A DNA stretch of 64,000 bases from an uncultured Phycisphaerales bacterium. GTDB taxonomy: Bacteria > Planctomycetota > Phycisphaerae > Tepidisphaerales > Tepidisphaeraceae. Of the stretch, positions 29,389-39,298 are shown piece by piece (position 1 is the stretch's first letter; each line of letters opens with the position of its first letter). Both the position numbers and the translations under genes were made by a program. Location: assembly GCA_963755915.1 (NCBI GenBank), contig CAVWLP010000002.1:256001-320000 (forward strand), read 5' to 3'. The notes beneath the pieces are model-generated. The model was not told the origin of the DNA and ran no database searches. It was given only the letters and a program-made list of their open reading frames with translations.

Positions 29389-30093
29389 TTAATTGCGCGA
29401 CGTATCGAGTTGCGCGATCTTGGCGCGGGCGTCTTCGAGGGTGGGATCGCACGCCAGGGCCTGTTCATATTCCGCCTTGGCTTCGGACTTGCGGCCGTTG
29501 GTCTGGTAGATCGAGGCCAGGTTGTAATGGATCTGGGCGTCGGTCAGGGCGGGCGTCCACATGCGGATCGCCTCCTGGATCTTGTTCTGGCGGGCGAGCA
29601 TCAGGCCGTAGTTGGCGCGGCAGGGGCCGTTCTTGTAGTCCATCGCGATCCCCTTTTGATAGGTCGCGACGGCCTGCTTGGGCATGCCGGCCAGTTCGTA
29701 GCAGTAACCAAGGTTTCCGTAGGCAAAGGGGGCGTTGTTGGTTGCCGTGATGTAGCGCTGCCAGATCGCGATCGACGTGGGGAAATCCTTGACCTCGGCG
29801 TAAATCACGCCCAGGCGGTAGAGCGCGGGGAGGAATTTCGGATCGAGGTCGAGGCAGGCCTCGTACTGATGGGTGGCGGCGCCGAGGTGGCCCTGTGTTT
29901 CGTCAAGCTGGCCGGCCGCGAAGCGGGTATTGATCTTCAGCGGCTGAGGCTTGACCTCGCTGATCTTGACGTTGTTGTTGTTCTGCATCTTCTGAGCGTC
30001 AGAATCGCTCAGCCCCGAGATCGATGCATTGTGCTGCGTGCTGCACGCACAGAGGAAAATCGTCAGTCCGAACAGGGTCGCGATGTTCTTCAT
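29389..30093 (-). CDS. TPR-repeat lipoprotein
   Basis: Lipobox LCAC; TPR-like ALYRLG, AYGNLG, ANYGLML, HYNLA. Confidence 0.85.
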   Translation of the reverse strand: MKNIATLFGLTIFLCACSTQHNASISGLSDSDAQKMQNNNNVKISEVKPQPLKINTRFAAGQLDETQGHLGAATHQYEACLDLDPKFLPALYRLGVIYAEVKDFPTSIAIWQRYITATNNAPFAYGNLGYCYELAGMPKQAVATYQKGIAMDYKNGPCRANYGLMLARQNKIQEAIRMWTPALTDAQIHYNLASIYQTNGRKSEAKAEYEQALACDPTLEDARAKIAQLDTSRN

Positions 30094-30170
30094 ATAGTAA
30101 TTCCTCGGTCAAACGATGCGGCAAGTTAAGCAGCAACGCCAAAGCTTGACGGTCATATCGGCTATTTGGT

Positions 30171-31115
30171 TTATGAGGTGAACCGAAGTTCGGGATTGGG
30201 CAATTGGACGAGGTTATGGGACGGGCGCAGGGCGGCCTGTCTCTCCAGCGGCTCGACGGCATCGTCCAATAATTGTTGGCCGAGCTGGCGCAGAGCGGCC
30301 ACGCTGACGCCCATGCCGCTGAGCAAACCGGCATCGGTCATCAATCTTGTGTGCTGCATATAGGTGTCGTCACGAAGCAGCTCACGAAGCCCGGATCCTG
30401 CGAGCTTCGCATGCTCGCGCCAGGAATCCGGGAAGGACATTTCCAGCGCTTCGCGCCAGCGATCGACCCATACCCTGGTCCTCTCGCGGCCCACGAGATG
30501 GGCCAGGGCAAGGACGCGGCCAAGGTCTTTGGCGCATCGGTAAAGCCCACAGAATTCTCCGGATTTGATTCGGCGGGCGGTGAGTTTGGTGTAGGAGATC
30601 AGGTTGACGATGGCGATCATTTCCGGAGCGGCGTAGTCGAGCCCCTCGGTGGAGCGTTGTCGGAACCAGTTGAGCAAATCCATGAATTTGAAGCTGGGAA
30701 TGCCGTACCAGCCGGCGTGGGAACCGCTCAAATGAACGGGAATCCACTCTTTTTCGTTCTCCTGCTGAACGGAGGGAATGCTGAGGAATTCAATGAAATA
30801 TTGGGTTGAATTGGGGGGCATGAGGCGGATGGCCCAGAGGTCATTTTTATTTGGGGGGAGCTCCGGCAGCGGCTTGCAACGATCGGTCGGGCGCCAGCCG
30901 ATTTTGATCAGGGCTTCGGCTGCCGCCTGGACCGAAACAGTGTTTCCGGCGGAATGGACGAGGAGGTCGGCGTCCTTGGTGGCGACGCCATGGCCTGAGA
31001 GGATGGCGCGGAAGGGGTAGGCGGCGGCGAGGCTGCCGGCGACCAGGATATTGCCTTGATGCTCGATGGGGATATCGCGGTGGAGGGTGCGAAAGAGGTC
31101 GGCTGGATCGAGCAT
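30171..31115 (-). CDS. Hypothetical nucleotidyltransferase-fold protein
   Basis: ILVAGSLAAA...ATKDADLL (GS plus DxD); KDLGRV near the C-terminus. Confidence 0.55.
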   Translation of the reverse strand: MLDPADLFRTLHRDIPIEHQGNILVAGSLAAAYPFRAILSGHGVATKDADLLVHSAGNTVSVQAAAEALIKIGWRPTDRCKPLPELPPNKNDLWAIRLMPPNSTQYFIEFLSIPSVQQENEKEWIPVHLSGSHAGWYGIPSFKFMDLLNWFRQRSTEGLDYAAPEMIAIVNLISYTKLTARRIKSGEFCGLYRCAKDLGRVLALAHLVGRERTRVWVDRWREALEMSFPDSWREHAKLAGSGLRELLRDDTYMQHTRLMTDAGLLSGMGVSVAALRQLGQQLLDDAVEPLERQAALRPSHNLVQLPNPELRFTS

Positions 31116-31246
31116 CCTATCGATTCAGATCGGTTGGGAGAGAACTGGACTTCAACGAGATTGCGCTAAGGGGAGTGGGTGGATGCGTAAGCGTTTGGGG
31201 ATATCTCTCCCGGCGGTGTAAACACCGCCGGCTTTGGTAGCGATGG

Positions 31247-33547
31247 TTAGGGTGAGGTCCAGGTGCTGGTGTGGTGAAGGTCGTGGGCGAACATGGGCCA
31301 TTGGGCCCATTTTGGGGTGAATTTCAGGTTGGTGTGGTAGATGAAGACGCGGCCGTCTTCGGTGCCGATGAGGATTTCGGCTTGGCCGTCGTGATAGACG
31401 TCGGCGATGGTGTCCTGGCATTGGGTGTCGGGGGCGGCGGGAATCATCAGGTGCGTTTGGGTGGCGCCGTCTTTGGTGCGGTGAATCCACCAGGGTCCGG
31501 CGAAGAAATCGAAGCTGCCGGAGGCATCGGGGCCGGCGACGCTTACGCCGATGACATCGGCGGGGCCGAGCTGGGCGATGATTCCGTCGGGGTTGCCGAA
31601 GCCGGTGCCGTCGCCGTGCCAGGCGCGGAGGGTGTGGGTTTTGTCGTCGATGGCGATGATTTCGGCGAGGCCGTCACCGTCAAGATCGGCGAGGGAGACG
31701 GGGCCGTCACATTCGATGTTGTCTTTGAAGATGCTTTGGATTTTTTCTGATTGGGCCTGCTCGGGGGAGAGGGGGGAGCCGTCGGCGCTTTGGGCGGAGG
31801 ATTCTGGTGCGCAGGCGCCGAAGGGTTTTCCGTCCCAGGTCCAGGCGAGGATCTGGCTACGGACGTCGGGGAGAATGACCTGCATGGTGCGGCGATCGAA
31901 GACGCTGCCGAGGGCTGGTGGCCAGTGGGATTTGACGCCGATTTTCTGGGGCCAGGAGCCGAAGGATTTTCCGGAGGCGTCGAAGGCGTCGACGACGGCG
32001 TTGGCGGGGCCGCGGCGTTGGGAGGCGATATAGCTGCGGATGCGGCCGTCGCGTGCGGTGTCAGCGGCGCTGGCGCAGAAGCCGCTGGGAACTTTGCCGC
32101 CGCGCCAGGCGGGGACGTGAGAGCCGCTGAGCGTGCAGAAGGTTCCACCGCCGAGGATGGCAACTGTTCCCTTGGGTGGGAGGGAGACCAACTGGAAGGT
32201 TGTGCCGGGGTCGGGGTTGGCGAAATTTGGGAGGAGTTTTTGGGAGGAGCCGTCGGCCTGGATGACGAGTGCGCCGCGGTCGCGCTTGGCGGGCCCGCTG
32301 GGGCGGGAGACAACCACGAAGCCGGGGGAATCGGGAGTGCCGGGCTGGATCGCGGGGTAGCTGATCCAGTAATTGGGATATTGGTAGAAATCGGGGGAAT
32401 CGGAGGGGGCGGCCAATTCGTGGTCCTGGGCGGACATGACTTTGACGGGGAAGCCGGGCAGCGGAGAGCCGTCGAGATTGAAGGCGGCGACGTAGGCGGC
32501 GGCATCAGGGGTAAGCCCGGTGGTGGGGAGTGGATCGGGCTGGCGGGTTAGCAAGTTAACCATGCCCATGTAGGTGAGAACGATTTCGGTTTTACCGTCG
32601 CCCCTGAGGTCGACGGGGACGGGAGAAGCGTTGATGCAACCGGGGAGGGTGAGGAAGGGAGTGGTTGAGTCGGGGAGAGTTTTGTTTTTGGCAACGACGG
32701 GGGCGGGTGGCGGCGGAACGGGAATGACGGACTGAATGGTCGGAGTGGGTGAAGAGGGGGTGGCCTCATAGATCCAACCGCAAATGCCGGCGAGGAGGGA
32801 TGAGCCGATGGCGATGGCGGCGATCGTGCGGAGCAGGGTCAGGCGGGTGAATTTTTCGGCGAGGAGCCAGGCGGTTTTGGAGGCGGCGGTGGATTGGCCG
32901 GCGGCAATGGCGCCCAGCGACGCGTGAAGGGAGGGGGGCATCGCCTCGGCGGCGCGAGCGGAGAGGGCTGCGCCGAGGGCGACGGCGCTGAGGGTGGCGG
33001 CGCGGGATCCGAGAAGGTTTCGCAGGCGCTGGAGGCCGCGGGAGAGGCGCTTCTTGGTGGCTTCTTCGGAGACGGACATGGCGGCGGCGACTTCGGGGAG
33101 GCTGAGGCCCTGGAAATAGCGGAGGAGGATGGATTGGCGATCGTGCTCGGGGAGGCGGGCCATGGCGCGATCGAGGATGGGGGAGATTTCATCCCAATCG
33201 AGATCGTCGGACAGATCGCTGGTTTGCCGGGCGTTTTCGGCGGCGGCTTGGTGTTCGTGACGCTTGCGGCGGTTTTCGATTCTCATGGCGTTTCGCGCGG
33301 TGAAATAGGTTGTTTTAAAGAGCCATCCGGCGAGGGCGGCGGGATTGCGAATCGAGGAGGCTTTGGAAAAGAGCAGGAGAAAGACGGCCTGGGTTACGTC
33401 CTGGGCGAGATGCTCATCGCGCACCTGACGGCGGGCGGCGGAATAGACGAGGGTAGCGTGGCGCTGGGCGAGCTGGCCGAGGAGGTCGCGAGAAAGAGTC
33501 TGGCGGCCCGGCTCCAAAAGGGCGGCATGCTGGGGCGGTGGGGGCAT
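31247..33547 (-). CDS. ECF sigma factor with TM segment and C-terminal FG-GAP/VCBS-like repeats
   Basis: LVYSAARRQV..LAQDVTQAVF, LAGWL, LLRYFQGLS; DLRGDGKTEI, ADLDGDGLAEII, WPMFAHD. Confidence 0.88.
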   Translation of the reverse strand: MPPPPQHAALLEPGRQTLSRDLLGQLAQRHATLVYSAARRQVRDEHLAQDVTQAVFLLLFSKASSIRNPAALAGWLFKTTYFTARNAMRIENRRKRHEHQAAAENARQTSDLSDDLDWDEISPILDRAMARLPEHDRQSILLRYFQGLSLPEVAAAMSVSEEATKKRLSRGLQRLRNLLGSRAATLSAVALGAALSARAAEAMPPSLHASLGAIAAGQSTAASKTAWLLAEKFTRLTLLRTIAAIAIGSSLLAGICGWIYEATPSSPTPTIQSVIPVPPPPAPVVAKNKTLPDSTTPFLTLPGCINASPVPVDLRGDGKTEIVLTYMGMVNLLTRQPDPLPTTGLTPDAAAYVAAFNLDGSPLPGFPVKVMSAQDHELAAPSDSPDFYQYPNYWISYPAIQPGTPDSPGFVVVSRPSGPAKRDRGALVIQADGSSQKLLPNFANPDPGTTFQLVSLPPKGTVAILGGGTFCTLSGSHVPAWRGGKVPSGFCASAADTARDGRIRSYIASQRRGPANAVVDAFDASGKSFGSWPQKIGVKSHWPPALGSVFDRRTMQVILPDVRSQILAWTWDGKPFGACAPESSAQSADGSPLSPEQAQSEKIQSIFKDNIECDGPVSLADLDGDGLAEIIAIDDKTHTLRAWHGDGTGFGNPDGIIAQLGPADVIGVSVAGPDASGSFDFFAGPWWIHRTKDGATQTHLMIPAAPDTQCQDTIADVYHDGQAEILIGTEDGRVFIYHTNLKFTPKWAQWPMFAHDLHHTSTWTSP

Positions 33548-33611
33548 GGGATATAGTGTACGTTGGGATTTGGGTGGGGACAGGAAAAGTTGGGGGCTGG
33601 GGATATCCCAC

Positions 33612-34641
33612 TAGAGCATTTCCTTTTCCAAACTAGCGCCAGGCATCGACCTGTGCTAACCTCCGAAACAACAAGGAGGTTTTCATGGCTTCCCAGATCA
33701 CCCTCACCCGTCGATGGATCATCTCGGCCTATCAAGCCGGCAAGGGCACCAAGGAAATCGCCGCGATCTTCGGCCGGTGCGAATCAGCCGTTCGCCGCGT
33801 GCGGCAGAATCATCGCGAGCGCGGAACCGCGGACCCGCTGCTCCACCTTCGCGGCCGCAAAGGAAAACTCACCGACCAGATCAAAACGCAGCTCGGGCAA
33901 TTCGTGGCGGATCATCCCGACGCCACGCTCGCTGAAATCAAGGAGCAATTGCAACTGGACGTGGCGCTCTCCACGGTGGACCGTTGGGTCGGGAAGCTGG
34001 ATTTGTCCTTTAAAAAAAGTCCCTCCACGCCGCCGAGCAGGAGCGGCCCGACGTCGCCGAGGCGCGTGCGCAATGGGAACAAAACGTAAAGCAGGTCGAT
34101 CCCAATCGCCTGGTTTTTCTGGATGAATCCGGGGCCAAAACCAACTTCACCCGCCTGCGTGGCCGCTGCGCCCGGGGTGAACGATTGGTGTGCAGGGTCC
34201 CGGCCGGACACTGGAGCACGACCACCATGATCGCCGCGGTGCGAGTCGGCGGCGCCATCGCCGGCGCGGTGGTGAAAGGACCGATGGACGGCGACGTTTT
34301 CGTCGTGTGGGTGCGTGAGGCGCTGCTTCCAGGACTGCGGCCCGGCGACATCGTGGTGATGGACAATCTGCCGGCTCACAAGCGGCCGGCGGTGCGGGCG
34401 ATGATCGAAGCGGCGGGCTGTGAATTACGGCTGCTGCCGCCTTATTCTCCGGATTGGAATCCGATCGAGATGATGTGGAGCAAGGTGAAGCAGTTGATCC
34501 GCGGCGCCGAGCCCAGAACATTCGAAGCGTTGGTGGAGGCGGTGTTCAAGGCGATGGATGCAATCACGGCCAGCGACGCCGAGGGATTCTTTGAGCACTG
34601 CGGCTATCACCTTCCGCTAGCTTAATTTGGGAAATGCTCTA
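33612..34641 (+). mobile_element. IS630 family element
   Basis: Terminal IR TAGAGCATTTCC-N9-CTAGCG at both ends; TA duplication at 33612 and 34640. Confidence 0.92.
33685..34625 (+). CDS. IS630 transposase (orfA+orfB, probable programmed -1 frameshift at 34008-34019)
   Basis: HTH orfA ends LSFKK; -1 frame gives KSLHAAEQERPDV..FLDES..MDNL..LPPYSPDWNPIE. Confidence 0.9.
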
Positions 34642-34848
34642 ACTCTCAAAATATCTCACTTTTAGGGGAAAGTGGAGCGGGAGATGGCCCGACCCGAGAA
34701 TGGCCGATGTTCTGCAAATGTGCGCGCCCGCGGACGAAAGGGGGAATTGGATTCCCCACTTTTCCCCAATTTTCCCCAATTTTTCTCAACTCTTCACGGA
34801 GGGAGGTCTTCGGGTGAGGGATAGTGCTAAACTCGATGTCCCGGAATG

Positions 34849-36340
34849 TTAATCCCGTTCGGCACGCAGGCTTCATCGGAGCATTCCAAAGCTGTGGAGG
34901 ACGCGAAACAATTGAAGCTTAGATACTTTTACTTTCCCCTGCTGCACGCCGGCGTCCGCAAGAGCGCAGCATCAACCGCGAGGTCTCCGCGGCGACGGAT
35001 TCCCCTTCAGTTTACTCCCAGTTTTTTCAAGGCCTCCGCTCTTGCCCTCAGCTTAATCCCGGTGTTATCCGGCTTGTTCAGGAATCGAAGCACGTCCTGT
35101 TCCTCGGCCAGCCCCAGCAGATACCAGCCGATCATGTTCCGCATCGCCTTGTTCGGCTTCCTGCCGCTGATCAGCTGAATCAGCACGCAGACGATCAGCG
35201 CGCAGTGGATTTGGATGTCGATCCCCTCCTGGCGTTGGCTCAGCAGGTGACGCATGCCCAGCAGTTGCTTGAAGATCCGGAAGAACAACTCAACGGTGTA
35301 GCGGTACAGATAAATCAGGGCGATCAATTCCGCCGGCAGGTCCAGCAGGTTCGTGTACAGGATGATCAGGTCCGTCGGCTTGTTGCCGCTGCGCGTGCGG
35401 CGCGGATGGGGTTTCACCTGCACTTCCACCCGTCGCACCACCCTATCCGCCGCCGTCTCCAGGCCGTCGAGTTTCACCAGCGCGTCTCGCACCACGCCGC
35501 CGTCCAATGCTTCCTGTGAAAGCAATCGTTCTTCAAACAGCTCAAACACCGAGTTTTCCGCGGCCCGCATCACAAAGGAGCTTTGCGCCGCGGCGATGTC
35601 CGCAAAGAGGCTCCGGTCGGCGTAGCCGCCGTCTCCTACATAGCACCGTCCTGCTTCCAGGCTGCGCCGCAGGACGTTGTTTTCACGGTTGGCCCCCGCG
35701 TTGCGAGCGCCAGTGCGGTCGAGGCGATGGACTTTGAACGTCTCCAGATCGAATTGAACGTGCAAACGCCAGCCATAGACCGCTTTCCCGTCCCGGGAGG
35801 TGTTGTAGCGCGCATCGATGCCGCAAGCGGATTTGGCCAGCCGACTCAGCGCCGTCAGCACCGTCCCGTCGACCAGCGTGATCGCCTGCCCAAAGTCCGC
35901 AAGACGCGGATCGGGCGCCTGGGGCAGTTCCCCCGCCAATTCCTCAATCAGCGGCGTCAAACGCCCCGGCTCGAACACCCGAACCGATTCAGAGAAACTG
36001 CCCACGGAAAAACGCTTAATTCCCAGCGCCTTGGCCACCTTGGGCAGTTCAGCAACCTCCTGAAGATCCCGCAGGGATTGGATCAGCGGATTCCAGGTGT
36101 AAAGCAAAACCAGCTTGCAATAATCGTCGAAGTGAAGCTGGCGGTTCCCGGCTCGATCCCGCTCACAGCCCACATCCCGCAGCGTGGGCAGCAGCGCGAA
36201 GACGCGCCGCAGATGTCCGAGGCACAGGATCTCTTTTTCCTTCAGTCTTGCCTGCACGTCCGGCAGCATGCCATAAAAAGATCAAAGGCGCAATCTCAAT
36301 ATCTTGCTGCTTGCGCGAACCCCGTGCCGAACGGGATTAA
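34849..36340 (-). mobile_element. IS4 family element
   Basis: Perfect 18-bp IR TTAATCCCGTTCGGCACG; direct repeat CGGAATG at 34842-34848 and 36341-36347. Confidence 0.92.
35007..36269 (-). CDS. IS4 family DDE transposase
   Basis: VDGT, DGGY, YLYRYTVELFFRIFKQ (YREK motif). Confidence 0.93.
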   Translation of the reverse strand: MLPDVQARLKEKEILCLGHLRRVFALLPTLRDVGCERDRAGNRQLHFDDYCKLVLLYTWNPLIQSLRDLQEVAELPKVAKALGIKRFSVGSFSESVRVFEPGRLTPLIEELAGELPQAPDPRLADFGQAITLVDGTVLTALSRLAKSACGIDARYNTSRDGKAVYGWRLHVQFDLETFKVHRLDRTGARNAGANRENNVLRRSLEAGRCYVGDGGYADRSLFADIAAAQSSFVMRAAENSVFELFEERLLSQEALDGGVVRDALVKLDGLETAADRVVRRVEVQVKPHPRRTRSGNKPTDLIILYTNLLDLPAELIALIYLYRYTVELFFRIFKQLLGMRHLLSQRQEGIDIQIHCALIVCVLIQLISGRKPNKAMRNMIGWYLLGLAEEQDVLRFLNKPDNTGIKLRARAEALKKLGVN

Positions 36341-36651
36341 CGGAATGTCCCGTTTTGGCCCGAATCTACGGAATTTTCTTTCGGATAGTGCGCGCGTCGA
36401 AGGCAAATTTTGTCGACTGGAAACATCCGGCTCGTTCCCATCATAGAGATCGTGCATGGGAAATATCACGCCTCTATATACAGGTCCAAAGGGTGTACGT
36501 TTTGGACCTATTTTGGAAAAATCTCGCGGATTTTTTTGCGGGTGATGAGAATGCAAAGGATTTGATAAACGGGGTGGTGGTTATCGGAAGACGCGCCCCG
36601 CAAGCGGGGGCGGCTACACGGGGGAGAGGGGATGTGTTTGAGTGATACGAT

Positions 36652-36954
36652 TCAGTCGGGCTGGAGAAAACCGGGCGCGACGCGCCAGGGGATGCCGGCG
36701 TCGGTGATGATGGTGACGGATTTGCGGTTGTGGGATTTGATGAAGCCGCGGACAAGTTCGCCGGTGGAGGAGGTGAAGCGGACGCGCTGGCCGAGGCGGA
36801 AATTCATCATCTGGCCGTGACTGCGGATCTGCTGCATGAGGCGCAGGCGGGCGACGACGATCTGGTTTAGCTGGGCGAGCTCGTCTTCGGTGAGGAGATC
36901 GAGGACTGAGAGGACTGCAGGGAGATTTTGGGTTTCGGGCATGCGGGAGATCAT
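36652..36954 (-). CDS. Small hypothetical protein (helical N-terminus, beta-rich C-terminus)
   Basis: Protein-like composition FRLGQRVRF...NRKSVTI...WRVAPGFL; start uncertain (36954 or 36942). Confidence 0.65.
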   Translation of the reverse strand: MISRMPETQNLPAVLSVLDLLTEDELAQLNQIVVARLRLMQQIRSHGQMMNFRLGQRVRFTSSTGELVRGFIKSHNRKSVTIITDAGIPWRVAPGFLQPD

Positions 36955-37000
36955 CTGGAATTGGGGGGAGAGTGTCGAGGGATTTTCGCGGGCGACCAAA

Positions 37001-37040
37001 CCCCCTCCCCAACCCTCCCCCGGAGTACCGGGGGCGGGGG
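37001..37040 (+). repeat. REP-like family A copy
   Basis: CCCCCTCCCCAACCCTCCCC..GGAGTACCGGGGGCGGGGG. Confidence 0.85.
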
Positions 37041-37162
37041 AAGATACGGGAGATGGTCGCAAGGTTGTCCGCGCAATCCGTGGCATCTTGTCGCGGGCGT
37101 TGCGGTGGGGTTGCGTCGCGGAGGTAAATCGAGAGAGTGATACGCTTTTCCGGCCAAATTGC

Positions 37163-38269
37163 GTGCGAAGCGAAGGGTATAATCCGGCAGTTCACTGGAT
37201 GGCGCTGATTACGGCGGCGGCGACGTTTCCGCTGATTTTTATGGGGGGGCTGGTGACGAGCCATGGGGCCGGGATGTCGGTGCCGGACTGGCCGAACTCG
37301 TGGGGATATAACATGTTCACCTTTCCGCCCAGTAAATGGGTGGGGGGAATCCTTTTCGAGCATACGCATCGGCTGGCTGGGGCGTTTGTGGGGATGCTTT
37401 CGATTGCGCTAGCGGCTACCGCGTGGGCGAGCGATGGGCGAAGATGGGTGAGGTGGACGGCTACGGCCGTTCTGCTGGCGGTTTGTGTGCAGGGGACGAT
37501 CGGGGGGCTGCGAGTCGTGCTGAGCCAGAAAGATCTGGCGATCGTTCATGGGTGCGCGGCGCAGATTTTCTTCTGCTTTATCGCGTCGTTTTGCGTGATG
37601 ACCTCGAGGTTCTGGGCCGAGGAGAGGGAAACGGGCGATTTTCGCGGAGCGAGGCGCGTCATGGGGGCGGCGATGATTGCGACGGGGATTATTCTGGTAC
37701 AGCTTGTCGTCGGAGCGATCATGCGGCACAGCGACGCCGGGCTGGCGATTCCGGATTTTCCGACGAGCTATGGAAACTGGCTGCCGCCGACACGGATCGA
37801 TGCGGCGTTTCGGGAGCGGGCGATTCATCAGTTTGGGTATAACCTGGGGCTGAATCGGGTGACGCTGTTTCAGATCTGGATTCATTTTTCGCACCGGATT
37901 GGGGCGGTGCTGGTGAGTGCGGCGGTGATTTCGCTGGCGGGAGTTATTTTTGTCGGGGGGCCGCGGCGGAAGGCGTTTATGCGGCCGGGGGTGGGGGTGC
38001 TGATCCTGCTGGTGACGCAGGTAACGCTGGGAATCCTCACGGTTTTGCTGCGCAAGCCGGCGGATGTGGCTTCGGCGCATGTGGCGGTGGGGTCGCTACT
38101 GCTGGTGACGGTGTGGACGATCGCCATGCGGGCGATTGGGGTGGTAATGGCCCGCCGGGCTGCGCAAGGAGATCACAGGTCGTTCGAAACTTACTCGGGG
38201 CCCTCACCCCAACCCTCTCCCGGATTACCGGGAGAGGGGGATAAGAGCGGAATGCAGCTTCAATATTGA
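37163..38269 (+). CDS. ctaA: Heme A synthase (COX15/CtaA)
   Basis: GGLVTSHGAGMSVPDWP, FEHTHR, VHG, HFSHR, SAHV; GTG start inferred. Confidence 0.88.
   Translation: MRSEGYNPAVHWMALITAAATFPLIFMGGLVTSHGAGMSVPDWPNSWGYNMFTFPPSKWVGGILFEHTHRLAGAFVGMLSIALAATAWASDGRRWVRWTATAVLLAVCVQGTIGGLRVVLSQKDLAIVHGCAAQIFFCFIASFCVMTSRFWAEERETGDFRGARRVMGAAMIATGIILVQLVVGAIMRHSDAGLAIPDFPTSYGNWLPPTRIDAAFRERAIHQFGYNLGLNRVTLFQIWIHFSHRIGAVLVSAAVISLAGVIFVGGPRRKAFMRPGVGVLILLVTQVTLGILTVLLRKPADVASAHVAVGSLLLVTVWTIAMRAIGVVMARRAAQGDHRSFETYSGPSPQPSPGLPGEGDKSGMQLQY
38200..38240 (+). repeat. REP-like family A copy within the ctaA 3' end
   Basis: GCCCTCACCCCAACCCTCTCCCGGATTACCGGGAGAGGGG, read as PSPQPSPGLPGEG. Confidence 0.85.
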
Positions 38270-38303
38270 CAGCATGAAGCCTAAGATGGCGAGACCATAG
38301 AAC

Positions 38304-39203
38304 GTGAATACCGCGACGAACATTTACGATCTGACATCCGCAGAACCCGTAGCGGCGTGGCGGGATTTTTATGAGCTGACCAAGCCGCGGATGAATTTGT
38401 TGATTCTGGGGACGACGACGGTGGGGTTTTCGATCGCGGCGCGGACGATGGAGCAGTGGCGGCATCTGCCGGCGACGCTCATCGGCACGGCGCTGTGCGC
38501 CGCCAGCGCGGCGATTTTGAACCAGGTGCTGGAGCGCGAGCATGATGCCAAGATGCGGCGGACGGCGCAGCGGCCGCTGCCGACGGGGAGGATTCCGGTT
38601 CGGCAGGCGGTGGCGCTGGGAATTGCGGCGGGGATCGCGGGGAGCGTTTTTCTGTTGCTGTTCGTGAACTGGATGACGGCGCTGCTGGGGACGGTGACGC
38701 TGGCGAGTTACATCCTGGTTTATACGCCGCTGAAGCGGATTACCACGCTGAATACGATTGTGGGGGCGATTCCGGGGGCGATTCCGCCGGTGATGGGGTG
38801 GACGGCGGTGACGGGGTCGATGGCGCCGGCGGCGCTGACATTGTTCGGCATTCTGTTCGTCTGGCAGGTGCCGCATTTTCTGGCGATCGCGACGCTCTAT
38901 CGCGAGGATTACCGGCTGGGGGGGTTTAAGATGCTGCCCGTCGAGGATCCGGGGCTGGGGCGGACGGCGCGGCAGATGGTGCTTTATAGCGCGGCGCTGT
39001 TGCCTGTCAGCTTGATGCCGGTGATGGCGCATGTGGCGGGGCAGGTTTACGCGGTGTGTGCCGTGGGGCTGGGAGTGATGTTTTTTGGGTTTGCGGTTTT
39101 GTGTGCGACACATCGGACGAGAACCGCTGCGAGGAAATTGTTTTTTGCTTCGATTATTTATCTGCCGGTGCTGCTGGGGGTGCTGGTGTTGGACAGAATT
39201 TGA
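38304..39203 (+). CDS. cyoE: Heme O synthase (protoheme IX farnesyltransferase)
   Basis: ELTKPR, NQ..E...D..M.RT..RPLP, YTPLKR, GAIPP, WQVPHF. Confidence 0.95.
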   Translation: MNTATNIYDLTSAEPVAAWRDFYELTKPRMNLLILGTTTVGFSIAARTMEQWRHLPATLIGTALCAASAAILNQVLEREHDAKMRRTAQRPLPTGRIPVRQAVALGIAAGIAGSVFLLLFVNWMTALLGTVTLASYILVYTPLKRITTLNTIVGAIPGAIPPVMGWTAVTGSMAPAALTLFGILFVWQVPHFLAIATLYREDYRLGGFKMLPVEDPGLGRTARQMVLYSAALLPVSLMPVMAHVAGQVYAVCAVGLGVMFFGFAVLCATHRTRTAARKLFFASIIYLPVLLGVLVLDRI

Positions 39204-39204
39204 A

Positions 39205-39287
39205 TTGCCTATTTCCTATTGCCTATTTCCTATTGAAGGGCGGGCACTTCTTTTTAAATAGGTAATGGGAAATGGGAAATAGGCAAT
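39205..39287. repeat. Heptamer-periodic imperfect inverted repeat
   Basis: (TTSCCTA-like)x4 followed by the complementary (AATRGGH)x4. Confidence 0.7.
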
Positions 39288-39298
39288 AAGATACTTCG

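Noticed and set aside
36836-37162. Long N-terminal extension of CtaA
   Set aside because: It overlaps an opposite-strand gene and a REP copy.
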